Below, piece after piece: positions 1 through 10,113 of a stretch of 32,000 nt of DNA. The stretch's first letter is position 1; every line of letters starts with the position of its first letter. Source of the DNA: Mycobacterium leprae TN. GTDB taxonomy: Bacteria > Actinomycetota > Actinomycetes > Mycobacteriales > Mycobacteriaceae. The notes under the pieces are model-generated. The model searched no databases. It had not been told where the DNA came from and saw nothing but the letters and a program-made list of their open reading frames with translations. A program made the translations under genes and the position numbers. The DNA is taken from assembly GCF_000195855.1 (NCBI RefSeq), contig NC_002677.1, forward strand, positions 750,001-782,000. The letters are read 5' to 3'.

Positions 1-252
1 TGACTCCGGTGTTGTTATCAGTTGCGGGCCTGGAGTTTTCGCGGATGCTTGGCGATTTCGGTTTGATGGTGCTGATTGATGGTCCGGTGACGAGGAAGAT
101 ATCAGTGTCATCGTAGTGGATTCCTGACCTTGATCGAGAATCACGACCGCACTGGTGCTACCGCAATATAGATTGCACTGCTGTCGATCTCGTGTGTCGT
201 GCTCTTTTTACTGCAGGTCGTAGGCGCGCATGAGGACTGATGCGAGGAGATA
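1..252 (+). pseudogene. cysT: 3' remnant of sulfate ABC transporter permease CysT
   Basis: Frame fragments LTPVLLSVAGLEFSRMLGDFGLMVLIDGPVTRKISVSS and LLLISCVVLFLLQVVGAHED resemble the CysT C-terminus. Stops and frame changes are present. It lies directly upstream of cysW and cysA remnants in the expected order. Truncated by the window edge. Confidence 0.6.
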
Positions 253-257
253 GCCAC

Positions 258-935
258 ATGGCGACATTGCCGCAAGTTAGCTATCTGATCCTGTATGTCG
301 CCTTTGCCTACATTGTTGTGCTACTGGTTATGACGTTTGCGCTGATCTTATGGCGGACCTTTGCACCGGGCTTCGGTCAATTCTACGCCTGAGTCAGCAC
401 GTCAGAGGAGGGATTGGCGCTGAACTTGTCGCTTCTGGTAGTGGACATCCCGGTTCCGCTGAACGTGGTTTTCGGAATTCCGACGACATTGGTTTTTTTA
501 TCAACATATTTCGACGAAAAGGTGCACTGCAGACGATCATCGATCTATTGTTAGCGGTCTCATCCGTCATAGTAGGTGTTGCACTGGTCGTGCTGTGGGG
601 ATCGTGCGGTGCGCTGGGCTTCGTGGAGAAAGGCTTGGAGTTAACGATCATCTTTGGCCTGTCCGGCATCGTGCTTGCTAGCGTCTTCGTCACCCTGCCG
701 TTTGTGGTACGCGAGGTTGAACCGATGCTGCACTAACTGGGGTCCGACCAAAACCAGGTTGCGGCAATACGAGGATCTAGCTGGTGGCAGAAATTCTAGC
801 GGATTATGCTACTCTTCAACCGGCGGCACGTAGCCTACGCCATTGTGTTAACCGTTGCCTGTACGTTGGGTGAATATGGTGCTTATGAGTTGTTAACTTT
901 GTTGATTACGGTATCCGCGGTGGTCTTTTGAGTAT
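258..935 (+). pseudogene. cysW: Sulfate ABC transporter permease CysW, decayed
   Basis: ATG at 258 gives MATLPQVSYLILYVAFAYIVVLLVMTFALILWRTFAPGFGQFYA then a stop. It resumes in another frame as LLLAVSSVIVGVALVVLWGSCGALGFVEKGLELTIIFGLSGIVLASVFVTLPFVVREVEPMLH (ORF 350..736), followed by fragments such as LGEYGAYELLTLLITVSAVVF. Several frames and stops. Confidence 0.85.
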
Positions 936-999
936 CCAGGTGGGTTTTGATTCCTGCCGGGTACGAGCAGGCAGAAACGTCTGACTAAGGGACGTGGAG

Positions 1000-1520
1000 A
1001 TGGCCGATGAAGGGACTGGCCAGGACACGCACAACGATCATCGTGCGCGAACGTCTACAAACTCTATGGCCACTTCGTGGCCTTGGGCCACGTGGCGTCA
1101 TCGTGCCCGCCAGTTTGCTGATGGCGTTGTTGGGGCCTAGCGGTTCGGGTAAGTTGACGCTGCTGCGCATCATCGCCGGCCTTGACCACCCGGACACCGA
1201 AACCATCACAATCACGGTCGCGACGTTACCCAGGTGCTGCCGCAACGCCGCGGCATCGTTTGACATTATGTTGTCTTTGAGCACATGACTGTGCGCGACA
1301 ATGTGGCCTAAGGGCTTGAGATTCGTAGGCGCCTTAAGGTCGATCTGGTGCTGGCTCGAGCCCTGGCGGTAGATTTGCAGGTGCTGCTGTTCGATGAGTT
1401 CTTGGGCGCATTGGACGCTGAGGTTCGCTAGGATCTGCGGGTTTGGATCCAGTGCCTGCATGACGATGTGCACGTCACCACAGTGCTTGGTTCCCAAGGA
1501 TCAGGCCTAGGATCTTGACA
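1000..1520 (+). pseudogene. cysA: Sulfate ABC transporter ATPase CysA, decayed
   Basis: Walker A region [33 protein letters not shown] in ORF 1007..1288. Later fragments ALAVDLQVLLFDEFLGALDAEVR-stop and HDDVHVTTVLGSQGSG in other frames. The Walker A Ser/Thr region reads GSGKLT instead of GSGKST. Confidence 0.85.
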
Positions 1521-2779
1521 ATGTCAAGCCCAGTTATGTGGCTAACGGCAGGGCTGGGCTGGCCTCGGGGATCGTTATGGATCGCTAGGACGAAGAATTT
1601 GTCGTCGCCTTGAACGACTTTAATGTCTATGCAGCCCGCTGATGAGGATGCTACCGATGAGAAGGACGGGTCCAGGGTTGAGGAAAATTTCCTGCGACAA
1701 CTTAAGGGAGAACACTGGCATTATCTGGGGTTTCTCCATCGGTGCGCGCTGGTTGGGCTCCCAGTTTGGATGCGCTAGCTTTTTCATCGACAGCTACAGC
1801 TTTTGCTCGATGCCCCGTTCGCTCTGGGCCTCCAGAGTTTTGGCCATATACTGGCCGCAGCATGGTCCGACCCCTGCCGTGACTGGCTTGGTGTAGCCTG
1901 GCTTACCGGGCAGTACCCGGCTTGGTTTACACCCTTTTGCCGGAGTAGCCCGACAAAATGTACTGTCATCAGGTGGCTTGGTCTGTACATTACTGCAAGC
2001 ATGGCAGGCCTGTAGGTGGTGAATGTCATGCTGATGGTGGTCAGTGTGGCCAGGCAAGTTGTATACTGTTTCTGCCGAGTACGGCGCGTAATAACCAGCG
2101 ACAGTCGCTACGTCCACTCTCCGCGTCCAACTCAAGCGGCTCAACAAACAAGTAGGCCAGTCTTCTGATGAGGAAGTTCAACACGAAGCCGAGCACCAAA
2201 AAGCCAGCGATGTTGTTGATTTCGCTAGGCTTGTCTTTGGCTAGTTCTTCGCATCCGTGCCGGCCGATGGCCAGCAAAAGATACATGGTGAAGCTCTGGT
2301 AGATCACATATGGAAATTCGAAGCTTATCCTTCTGGATGGGGATCAAAAACCCGCATTACATTAGAAGAACAGCATGGAGTGGCTTGAACAGGTTGTGGG
2401 TGAAGTTATCCCAAAATTCTTGAAACATTTGAGCGGCCCTCTTGTGTGTGCTTGCTACGGTGCTCACGGAAGCATCGAATGTTAGCCGGAGCTGACCTAG
2501 AACATCTAAGCAAATGTCGACACTTAGACTTGCTCAGGCTAATCCGCAGCTCGGTACACGCGCGGGCTTGTGAACTGGATTATGGATGTGCCCTGTAAGC
2601 CCTGATGCAAGGCGGCCGAGACAGTCAATAAGCATCGACGAGACAGTCTATTAGGTATCGACAGGACCACTATTGGGCGTTCGAAACCAACGAGGGTGCA
2701 CTTCGACGCAGCGTTTACAACGTATCACGGCTTGCCACCCCGATGGCAACACGGTTCGCGCCTAAACACGGTTTAGATC

Positions 2780-3230
2780 GGGGCGGTGTTCACGGTCTTT
2801 TTCGTCGCCGTCGTCCCACCTGCGGCTGGAGCGTTGAATCAACTGTCTAGGTCGGCTGCGCACCTACTGTCTGGCCAGCGCGGTATCGTTGGTTGGCCTA
2901 GGCCTCACGTTCATCCCGACGACACCGACTGTGATCGTTGACCTCGCTGTGTCTTGCACTGGCGTGTTCTGTTGAGCAATCCTGCGCGACCGGATATCCG
3001 GCTGAGGCCGGTGGTGCGGAGCGATCCAGTCGGGTTGGGTTGTATCTGACGTTCTACTACTTGTCTATTACCTGGGTGGGAGCGTTGGAACCATGGCGCT
3101 TGCGTCGCTCTACCGGTATGTAGTGGTGGTCAGCCTGCGTCGGTTTACTCGCCGTCGTGGTGCATCATCAGCATGGTCGTCGCGTGCGTCGCCTGGCGAC
3201 TGGAGCTGATACACCGAGTGATTGACCTGG
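2780..3230 (+). pseudogene. Possible MFS-type membrane transporter remnant
   Basis: Fragments over several frames: VGLGLTFIPTTPTVIVDLAVSCTGVF, GLYLTFYYLSITWVGALEPW, and VVVVSLRRFTRRR-like. These resemble C-terminal transmembrane helices of MFS permeases. No intact ORF. Confidence 0.45.
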
Positions 3231-3531
3231 ACGCCGCTGGCGGTGGCGCAGGTTGTCTATGCGGCAGTATTCAGTGCCGACATCGCTTGCCCAACGTAGG
3301 TTAACCAGGCCTGCTAGCAGAAGATAGAAGATCCTGAGTTGCTGCATAGCTTCGACACAGGTTGCCCGGCGAAGCCGAACCTAGCTCGGAGGTAGCATGG
3401 TCGCTCGAGATACGAAAGACCAGGAACAAGGTGTGCACCGGATGCATCATGTGCATCGTCCATGGAACACGTGAACGGCTTCATCAGTCTGTGACCGTCC
3501 GCCACAATGCATCCTAATCGAAGAGAAAGAG

Positions 3532-4035
3532 ATGACCATGAAATCCATCGCCACCTATGCAGCGCTGGCCATAATCGGAGCCGCCGTCGACGGCCTGACA
3601 TCGATGGCTATCCCGACGGGCCCGGCCGCGTCCCACATACAACCCGTTGCCTTCGGTGTGCCGCTGCCGCAAGATCCGGCACCGGCTGCGGATGTGCCGA
3701 CCGCAGCCGAATTGACCAGTTTGCTCAATAAAATTGTCGATCCTGATGTTTCGTTCATGCACAAGAGCCAGTTGGTCGAGGGCGGAATCGGTTCTGCGGA
3801 GGCTCATATTGGCGATCGCGAGTTGAAAAATGCGGCTCAGAAGGGTGAACTGCCGTTGTTGTTCAGTGTGACGAATATTCGACCGGGTACCAGTGGTTCA
3901 GCCACGGCTGACGTTTCCGTGTCGGGTCCGAAACTCAACCCGCCGGTCACGCAGAACATCACCTTCATCAATAAGGGCAGCTGGGTGCTGTCGCGCCACT
4001 CCGCGATGGAGCTGTTGCAGGCCGCGGGGCGTTGA
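3532..4035 (+). CDS. Low molecular weight secreted antigen, MTB12/CFP-2-like (Rv2376c family)
   Basis: Intact 167 aa ORF with an N-terminal signal-like segment. Diagnostic stretches [65 protein letters not shown] and [13 protein letters not shown]. Start could be 3532 or 3538. Confidence 0.88.
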   Translation: MTMKSIATYAALAIIGAAVDGLTSMAIPTGPAASHIQPVAFGVPLPQDPAPAADVPTAAELTSLLNKIVDPDVSFMHKSQLVEGGIGSAEAHIGDRELKNAAQKGELPLLFSVTNIRPGTSGSATADVSVSGPKLNPPVTQNITFINKGSWVLSRHSAMELLQAAGR

Positions 4036-4079
4036 GCACCGCGGATCCCGTCACTGTCTGCGCTTTACCGATTCAAGGC

Positions 4080-4855
4080 TCTACAGGTTGAGTTTGTTGA
4101 TCTGATGCGGATCGGCCAGTACTTCGATCGCGGTGATCCGTCCGTCGCGTGTAATGAACCCCATGATCGTTGTTGCTTGACCGGCTACGTAAATGACCGT
4201 GCTTACGGTGCCTTTGACGGTTGCAGTGCGCACTTCGCGTTCCGGCAGCGTGTAGCTGCGGGCCAGTTTGGCGACTGAGGACACACCCTGGACAGCACGG
4301 GTCTGGCGGCGCCGGGTACGACATTACCGCGCAGCACTACGTCGGGATGCAGCACCGACACCAATCGGGCGAAGTCGCCGCTACGCCAGGCTGCGCAGGA
4401 ACGCGTCGACTGCTTCGCATTGCGCGGCTATGGTTTTCGTCAGGAACCGGAATCGGTGTGCTAGATGCGTCGGTGCACAACTGTTCAGCTTGCAGGTTGT
4501 CTCCGGGGTCCGATCCCCAATGGGATCTGTTCGAACTGTACGGCGAAGAATGTCGTGCAAGACGAACGCCAACCGCTCCGCCGGCTGCAACGTATACAGC
4601 ACCACCAACAGCGCCAGCCCCACCGCATTTGATCAGCTATTTGCCCGATGTTCGGTGTCGAATTCACCCACTGGATCCACCACCGGATCTGTTATATGTG
4701 AGGCCAGTCCTGGTGATCGCGACCGACAGTCGCAGCGATCTAGGCAAATGCGGGCCACCACGGTGGTCAGCCAAGTTCCTAGATTGACGATGGTCGGCGC
4801 GTGGGCTCCTCGGTGCTGCTCAGCCGTAGCCACGCTTCCTTCTTCACGGCGTCTT
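4080..4855 (-). pseudogene. ECF-type RNA polymerase sigma factor (ECF41/SigI/SigJ-like), decayed
   Basis: Minus-strand fragments: APTIVNLGTWLTTVVARICLDRCDCRSRSP (region 2-type sigma motif, ORF 4833..4633) and the C-terminal SnoaL-like tail IYVAGQATTIMGFITRDGRITAIEVLADPHQINKLNL (ORF 4284..4081). Intervening frame breaks. Confidence 0.7.
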
Positions 4856-4924
4856 GAGCGTAAATCGAGCCCAGCATGCGGTATTCGAGGGCGCCCGACT
4901 GGCGGTTAGGGCTTCGCGTCGAAG

Positions 4925-5450
4925 CGCGCCGTCAAGGGAGTTTCGGACGCATCCACAATACATGTGCCGCCGGCATCCGGCTGCTGGCTGGTGTAGGGGA
5001 GCGCGCAGACTCGGCCGGTGGAAAAGCCGAATGACCCGATGCTGTGAAGTGGGCACGCAGGTTGCCCAGCGTGATGATGTGGGTCAGTATCACCAGCTGG
5101 GCGGTTTTGCAGTGGGGGCGTAGCTTATCTAAAAATTCGTAGCTCACTCCGACCGGGATGTAGCTAATCGCGGTGGTGTATTCCAAGATCGGTTTGTCGA
5201 CGTCGGAGAAGCGGGAGGCGTGCTGGTAATCGGCCATCGCCAGCAGTTCTTCGTCGGTGATCCTCTATTCGCGGACGATCTGCGAACTCAAGTCGATGCA
5301 GAATTCGCAGTGAACCGTTGTCGATGCCTTCCGGTTAGGCCAGTGTGCGGTAGCGCGGATGGAGAACACCCAGTTTCGATTAGGCCTGCGTTAGCCTGCT
5401 TTAGGCATTCAATAGACTTGATATATACTGCGTATAATCTGCAGCGATTG
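4925..5450 (-). pseudogene. Carboxymuconolactone decarboxylase / AhpD-like protein, decayed
   Basis: Minus-strand fragments CEFCIDLSSQIVRE-stop and ITDEELLAMADYQHASRFSDVDKPILEYTTAISYIPVGVSYEFLDKLRPHCKTAQLVILTHIITLGNLRAHF. They carry the C-x-x-C segment and typical C-terminal helices, interrupted by stops and frameshifts. Confidence 0.7.
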
Positions 5451-6769
5451 TATCATGTTGGCAGTTTCCAGACCAGCCGTCTGCGGCCAGCTTCCGCTTA
5501 GTGAAGAAAAAGGCGATTTTGGCGCTTAGGCCGGCGTCGTGGTCGGCGACTTCGATTGGCCGGGACATGGCGATCTTCCTGACATAGGGCTAAGACTTTG
5601 TCTTCACTTAGTCGACACCTGGTGGCCGCGAAACGTGACCGGTTTACCCATGCGCTCGGGCCTTAAGTCCGTCTTCCCATCGGCACGTTCATGTCAAAGC
5701 CCCGCGCATGTAGCAACGTGCGATTGTGTAGTGCGGCGTGCACTGCCCAATGTAGGCCATCCTCGCGATAAATGCCTCCCCTGCCACCTCACCGTATGCG
5801 GGAAAGGTTGCCATAGAACGTGGAATCTTCCGACAGTAAGAGGTCGAACGCGAAAACGGTCGTGGTGGTAGCCAAATTCGTCGAGCCTAAAATCTGCTAC
5901 AATTGGATTTTTGTCCAGTTCCGGTAGCATAGCCCATGCTCGGGGGGGGTATGGTTTGCCGTGTCTGGCGCCTTTGAAGATCATCCATGCAACTTTGTTG
6001 ACGCGTCGCTCAAGATCGACTGGGTCATGAGCCCAGGTTAGCCGGAAAATCCCGGGCCTAATAGGTCGCACCCTGGCTGCACGGAGGGCTGCCGACAATT
6101 TTGTCTGTTCCAAGACAAAACATCGATCATGAACTTAGCGTTCAGGTTGGTGGGGCAACTGGCTCAGGCGCATCGAGTTAGGTCGATTTAAGATAACCGC
6201 CGTTGCGGGTCGGTGGTCATCGCTGACGACAGTTTCTTTAATCGGCTGATCAAGACGCCGATCTGTGGTGGTGTTGCAAACATGGGTCCGGTATTCTGTA
6301 GCATCACTGAATTCTTCCAGCGGGTTCGCAGGTGTTGGTGAATTCTTCGTGTAGTGACAGCAGGATGTCCATCTGGGTTGTGTGAGTGTGCAGCGGTACG
6401 GTGGGTGATGTCCAGATATCCTAACGCTCACTCGGTGGACTTGTTGTTTTGCCAGGTCATCAAGACTTGGCTTAGCGGATGGTGGGCCGGCGCTGGGGTG
6501 GGCGTGAGCCATACCAACAACTTTTCGGCGATCCGAGTCAACGAACAAGTTCAGTCTTTGACCTTCATGATCATCTAGGATTGCCCATCCAATCTCCAAG
6601 GCCCACCATGCTGGGGGCGTCGAGCTGGCATTTCGTTTGGTCCTTTCGATCGCAAGGCCAGCCTCTAAGCGGCTTGGGTGGGGGTGGTACCACCGCCCGA
6701 CGGCCGCTCATGGCGGCCAGCGCCATTGTGAGAACGTAAAATGAACGCGACTAAGGAGGTGGACTGGCG

Positions 6770-7801
6770 GTGGGGAATGCCGACGAGCGTCGCTTTGAGG
6801 TGCTGCGCGCCATTGTAGCCGACTTCGTCGCCACCAAGGAACCGATCGGATCGAGGGCTTTGGTGGAGCGTCACAACTTAGGCGTGTCCAGCGCAACCAT
6901 CCGCAACGACATGGCGGTGTTAGAGGCCGAGGGGTACATCACTCAGCCGCATACCAGCTCCGGGCGAGTGCCCACGGAGAAGGGCTATCGCGAGTTTGTT
7001 GATCGACTCGAAGACGTTAAGCCGCTATCAGCGGCCGAGCGGCGGGCGATCCAAAGCTTTCTGGAGTCCGGTGTCGACCTCGACGACGTGCTACGCCGCG
7101 CTGTGCGACTATTGGCTCAGCTGACCTGTCAGGTGGCCGTGGTGCAGTACCCCACCTTGTCGACGTCGACCGTTCGCCATCTGGAAGTAATCGCGCTGAG
7201 CCCGGCCAGGTTGCTGATGGTGGTTATCACCGAGTCCGGTCGGGTGGATCAGCGCATCGCCGAACTCGGCGATGTTATCGACGATTACCAGCTCTCCCAG
7301 CTGCGTGAAATGCTCAGCCAGGCAATGGGAGGCAAGAAACTGTCGGCGGCCTCGGCCGCGGTAGCCGACCTCGTCGGACGGTTTCGGGGTACGGGCGGGT
7401 TGGCCAATGCCGTCGGCCGCTCGGCGAACGTATTGCTGGAATCGCTAGTCGAACACACCGAAGAACGCTTGTTGCTGGGTGGCACTGCCAACCTGACCCG
7501 CAACTCTGCGGACTTCGGTGGTTCACTGCGATCCATCTTGGAAGCCCTCGAAGAACAGGTGGTGGTGCTGCGACTGCTGGCCGCCCAACAGGAGGCTGGC
7601 AAGGTGACTGTGCGTATTGGTCACGAAACGGCGGCTGAGCAAATAATGGGTACCTCGATGGTGTCCACCGCCTACGGTACCTCGGGTACCGTCTACGGCG
7701 GCATGGGTGTGTTGGGGCCTACCCGGATGGATTATCCGGGAACTATCGCCAGTGTCGCTGCGGTTGCTTTGTATATCGGCGAAGTTTTGGGTGCTCGGTG
7801 A
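6770..7801 (+). CDS. hrcA: Heat-inducible transcription repressor HrcA
   Basis: 343 aa ORF with GTG start. [80 protein letters not shown] is classic HrcA. AAGGAGG-like ribosome binding site upstream. Confidence 0.98.
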   Translation: MGNADERRFEVLRAIVADFVATKEPIGSRALVERHNLGVSSATIRNDMAVLEAEGYITQPHTSSGRVPTEKGYREFVDRLEDVKPLSAAERRAIQSFLESGVDLDDVLRRAVRLLAQLTCQVAVVQYPTLSTSTVRHLEVIALSPARLLMVVITESGRVDQRIAELGDVIDDYQLSQLREMLSQAMGGKKLSAASAAVADLVGRFRGTGGLANAVGRSANVLLESLVEHTEERLLLGGTANLTRNSADFGGSLRSILEALEEQVVVLRLLAAQQEAGKVTVRIGHETAAEQIMGTSMVSTAYGTSGTVYGGMGVLGPTRMDYPGTIASVAAVALYIGEVLGAR

Positions 7802-7872
7802 ACACGCACCCGCTACGGAATCTGTGGACAGCCGCTTAGAAGCGGCATAAGACGCTGCTAGGAGAGTTAGGC

Positions 7873-9009
7873 GTGGCACGCGATTATTACGGGCTGCTCG
7901 GCGTGAGCAGGAATGCCAGCGATGCGGACATCAAGCGTGCCTATCGCAAGCTAGCGCGCGAACTGCATCCCGACATCAATCCCGATGAGGCCGCGCAGGC
8001 GAAATTCAAGGAAATCAGCATGGCTTACGAGGTGCTGAGCGACCCGGAGAAGCGTCGGATCGTCGATTTGGGCGGGGATCCGATGGAAAACGCCGCAGCA
8101 TCTCCGTCAGGGTTCGGTGGCTTTGGTGGCTTAGGTGATGTATTCGAAGCCTTCTTTGGCGGGAGTTCGGCATCACGTGGTCCCATCGGCCGGGTGCGGC
8201 CGGGCTCGGACTCGTTGTTGCCGATGTGGCTCGACCTTGAAGAGTGCGCAACCGGTGTCACCAAGCAGGTCACCGTTGACACTGCAGTGCTATGTGACCG
8301 ATGCCAGGGCAAGGGCACCAACGGTGATTCTGCGCCGATACCCTGCGACACATGCGGGGGTCGCGGGGAGGTGCAGACCGTGCAGCGTTCACTGCTAGGT
8401 CAGATGGTGACCGCGCGGCCATGTCCCACCTGCCGGGGTGTTGGGGTCGTAATCCCCGACCCGTGCTGCCAATGCGTTGGCGACGGTAGGGTGCGCGCCC
8501 GTCGGGAGATCACCGTCAAGATCCCCTCCGGTGTTGGCGACGGGATGCGGGTCCGACTTGCCGCCCAGGGTGAGGTTGGGCCCGGGGGAGGGCCAGCAGG
8601 CGACTTGTATGTCGAGGTCCACGAGCAGGCCCACGACATCTTTGTGCGCGACGGAGACGATCTGCACTGCACAGTTTCGGTGCCGATGGTCGATGCGGCT
8701 CTAGGCACCACGATCACCGTAGATGCCATCTTGGATGGTATGAGTGAGATCGATATTTCGCCGGGGACCCAACCGGGTTCGGTCATCGAACTGCGTGGCC
8801 AAGGGATGCCGCACTTGCGTTCCAACACGCGGGGCAATTTGCATGTTCACGTCGAGGTGATGGTCCCCACTCGGCTGGACCAGCATGACACCGAACTGCT
8901 ACGCGAACTGAAGCGCCGTCGCAGCCGTGACGTGGCCGAGGTTCGTTCGACGCATGCGGCCGGCGGCGGACTGTTCAGCCGGCTGCGCGAGACCTTTACC
9001 AATCGTTAG
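7873..9009 (+). CDS. dnaJ2: Chaperone DnaJ2
   Basis: 378 aa with J-domain ([36 protein letters not shown] motif) and four CxxCxGxG-type zinc repeats ([32 protein letters not shown]). Immediately downstream of hrcA. Confidence 0.97.
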   Translation: MARDYYGLLGVSRNASDADIKRAYRKLARELHPDINPDEAAQAKFKEISMAYEVLSDPEKRRIVDLGGDPMENAAASPSGFGGFGGLGDVFEAFFGGSSASRGPIGRVRPGSDSLLPMWLDLEECATGVTKQVTVDTAVLCDRCQGKGTNGDSAPIPCDTCGGRGEVQTVQRSLLGQMVTARPCPTCRGVGVVIPDPCCQCVGDGRVRARREITVKIPSGVGDGMRVRLAAQGEVGPGGGPAGDLYVEVHEQAHDIFVRDGDDLHCTVSVPMVDAALGTTITVDAILDGMSEIDISPGTQPGSVIELRGQGMPHLRSNTRGNLHVHVEVMVPTRLDQHDTELLRELKRRRSRDVAEVRSTHAAGGGLFSRLRETFTNR

Positions 9010-9040
9010 CACGGTTTTAACGGTTTTAGGGGCTCCACAT

Positions 9041-9814
9041 GTGGTGAGCACATTGTTCTACGTCGACGCATTGCCCGATACCGGTACGGTAGCTGTGGTG
9101 GGTGGCGACGAAGGGTTTCACGCGGTCACGGTGCGTCGGATCCGTCCCGGCGAGGAGCTGGTGCTCGGTGACGGTGTCGGTGGCCTTGCTCACTGCTTGG
9201 TCGAACGGGCCGGGCGCGATGGGCTATATGCCCGGGTGCTGGGGCACTGGACCGTAGCGCCGGGGCTACCGCCGGCGACTGTGGTGCAGGCGTTGCCCAA
9301 GGCTGAACGCTCAGAGTTGGCTATCGAAATGGCCACCGAGGCCGGTGCCGATGCGTTCGTGGCGTGGCAGTCTGATCGTTGCGTGGCCAGCTGGTACGGG
9401 GTCCGGGTGGACAAGGGTCTGCGCCGGTGGCGTGCGGTAGCCCGCGCGGCAGCTCGGCAGTCTCGCCGGGCGCACATACCTTCGGTCGATGGGGTGTTGA
9501 CCACTGCGGCGCTGCTACAGCGGATCCGGGATGAGGTAGCCGCCGGTGCCACTGTGCTGGCTTTGCACGAGTCGGCGACCGATCGGTTGTCCGATGTCTT
9601 TGCGGATATCTCTGTGGCGCAAGCAAACTCGCTAGTGTTGTTGGTCGGTCCCGAAGGAGGTATCGCGCCGGACGAGATTGCCGCATTGACTGAGGCGGGC
9701 GCCGTCGCGGTCCGGCTCGGTCCCACCGTGCTGCGGTCATCGACCGCGGCTGCGGTGGCATTGGGCGCGTTAGGCGTGCTCACTTCCCGGTGGGATGCTT
9801 CATCGATTCTGTAA
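9041..9814 (+). CDS. rsmE: 16S rRNA (uracil-1498-N3)-methyltransferase RsmE
   Basis: [66 protein letters not shown] and [42 protein letters not shown] (SPOUT fold). The track starts at 8927. The likely start is GTG at 9041 or 9044, just after dnaJ2. Confidence 0.93.
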   Translation: MVSTLFYVDALPDTGTVAVVGGDEGFHAVTVRRIRPGEELVLGDGVGGLAHCLVERAGRDGLYARVLGHWTVAPGLPPATVVQALPKAERSELAIEMATEAGADAFVAWQSDRCVASWYGVRVDKGLRRWRAVARAAARQSRRAHIPSVDGVLTTAALLQRIRDEVAAGATVLALHESATDRLSDVFADISVAQANSLVLLVGPEGGIAPDEIAALTEAGAVAVRLGPTVLRSSTAAAVALGALGVLTSRWDASSIL

Positions 9815-10113
9815 TCCAAGTCACGTTTCTACCGCGTCGTTACAGTCTCACGAAGTACGAATAGGGGGCTCAAGCGATGACCAGCAGCTGCGATCAGGGG
9901 TGTTTGCTGGTGCAGGTCGGGAGCTGCGGTTTACGGCGACTTACTGCCGGTCGCTAGCACCGCCCAGACTCACTAGGTGCTGGACAAGGACCTGCCAGCG
10001 AATACGCTGATGAACAGCTGACGAACTAGGGCCCCTAGCGTAGGCTAAAATATTGGCACGACCCGTGTTGACACGCTCTTGTACAGGCCAAGAAAGCAGG
10101 CATCGGTAACCAC

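Noticed and set aside
2041-2307. 88 aa minus ORF (NNIAGFLVLGFVLNFLIRRLAYLFVEPLEL...) as a membrane protein gene
   Set aside because: It is hydrophobic and could be a membrane protein remnant, but I cannot match it to a family and flanking frames are broken, so it is not called as a feature.
8477-8704. Antisense or alternative-frame ORFs inside dnaJ2 (also 8015-8251 and 8400-8837 minus)
   Set aside because: They overlap a well-supported DnaJ2 reading frame, show no family signal and are expected in GC-rich DNA.
9190-9819. 209 aa minus-strand ORF
   Set aside because: Fully antisense to rsmE. Low-complexity Ala/Ser/Thr/Arg composition is typical of an antisense frame of a high-GC gene.
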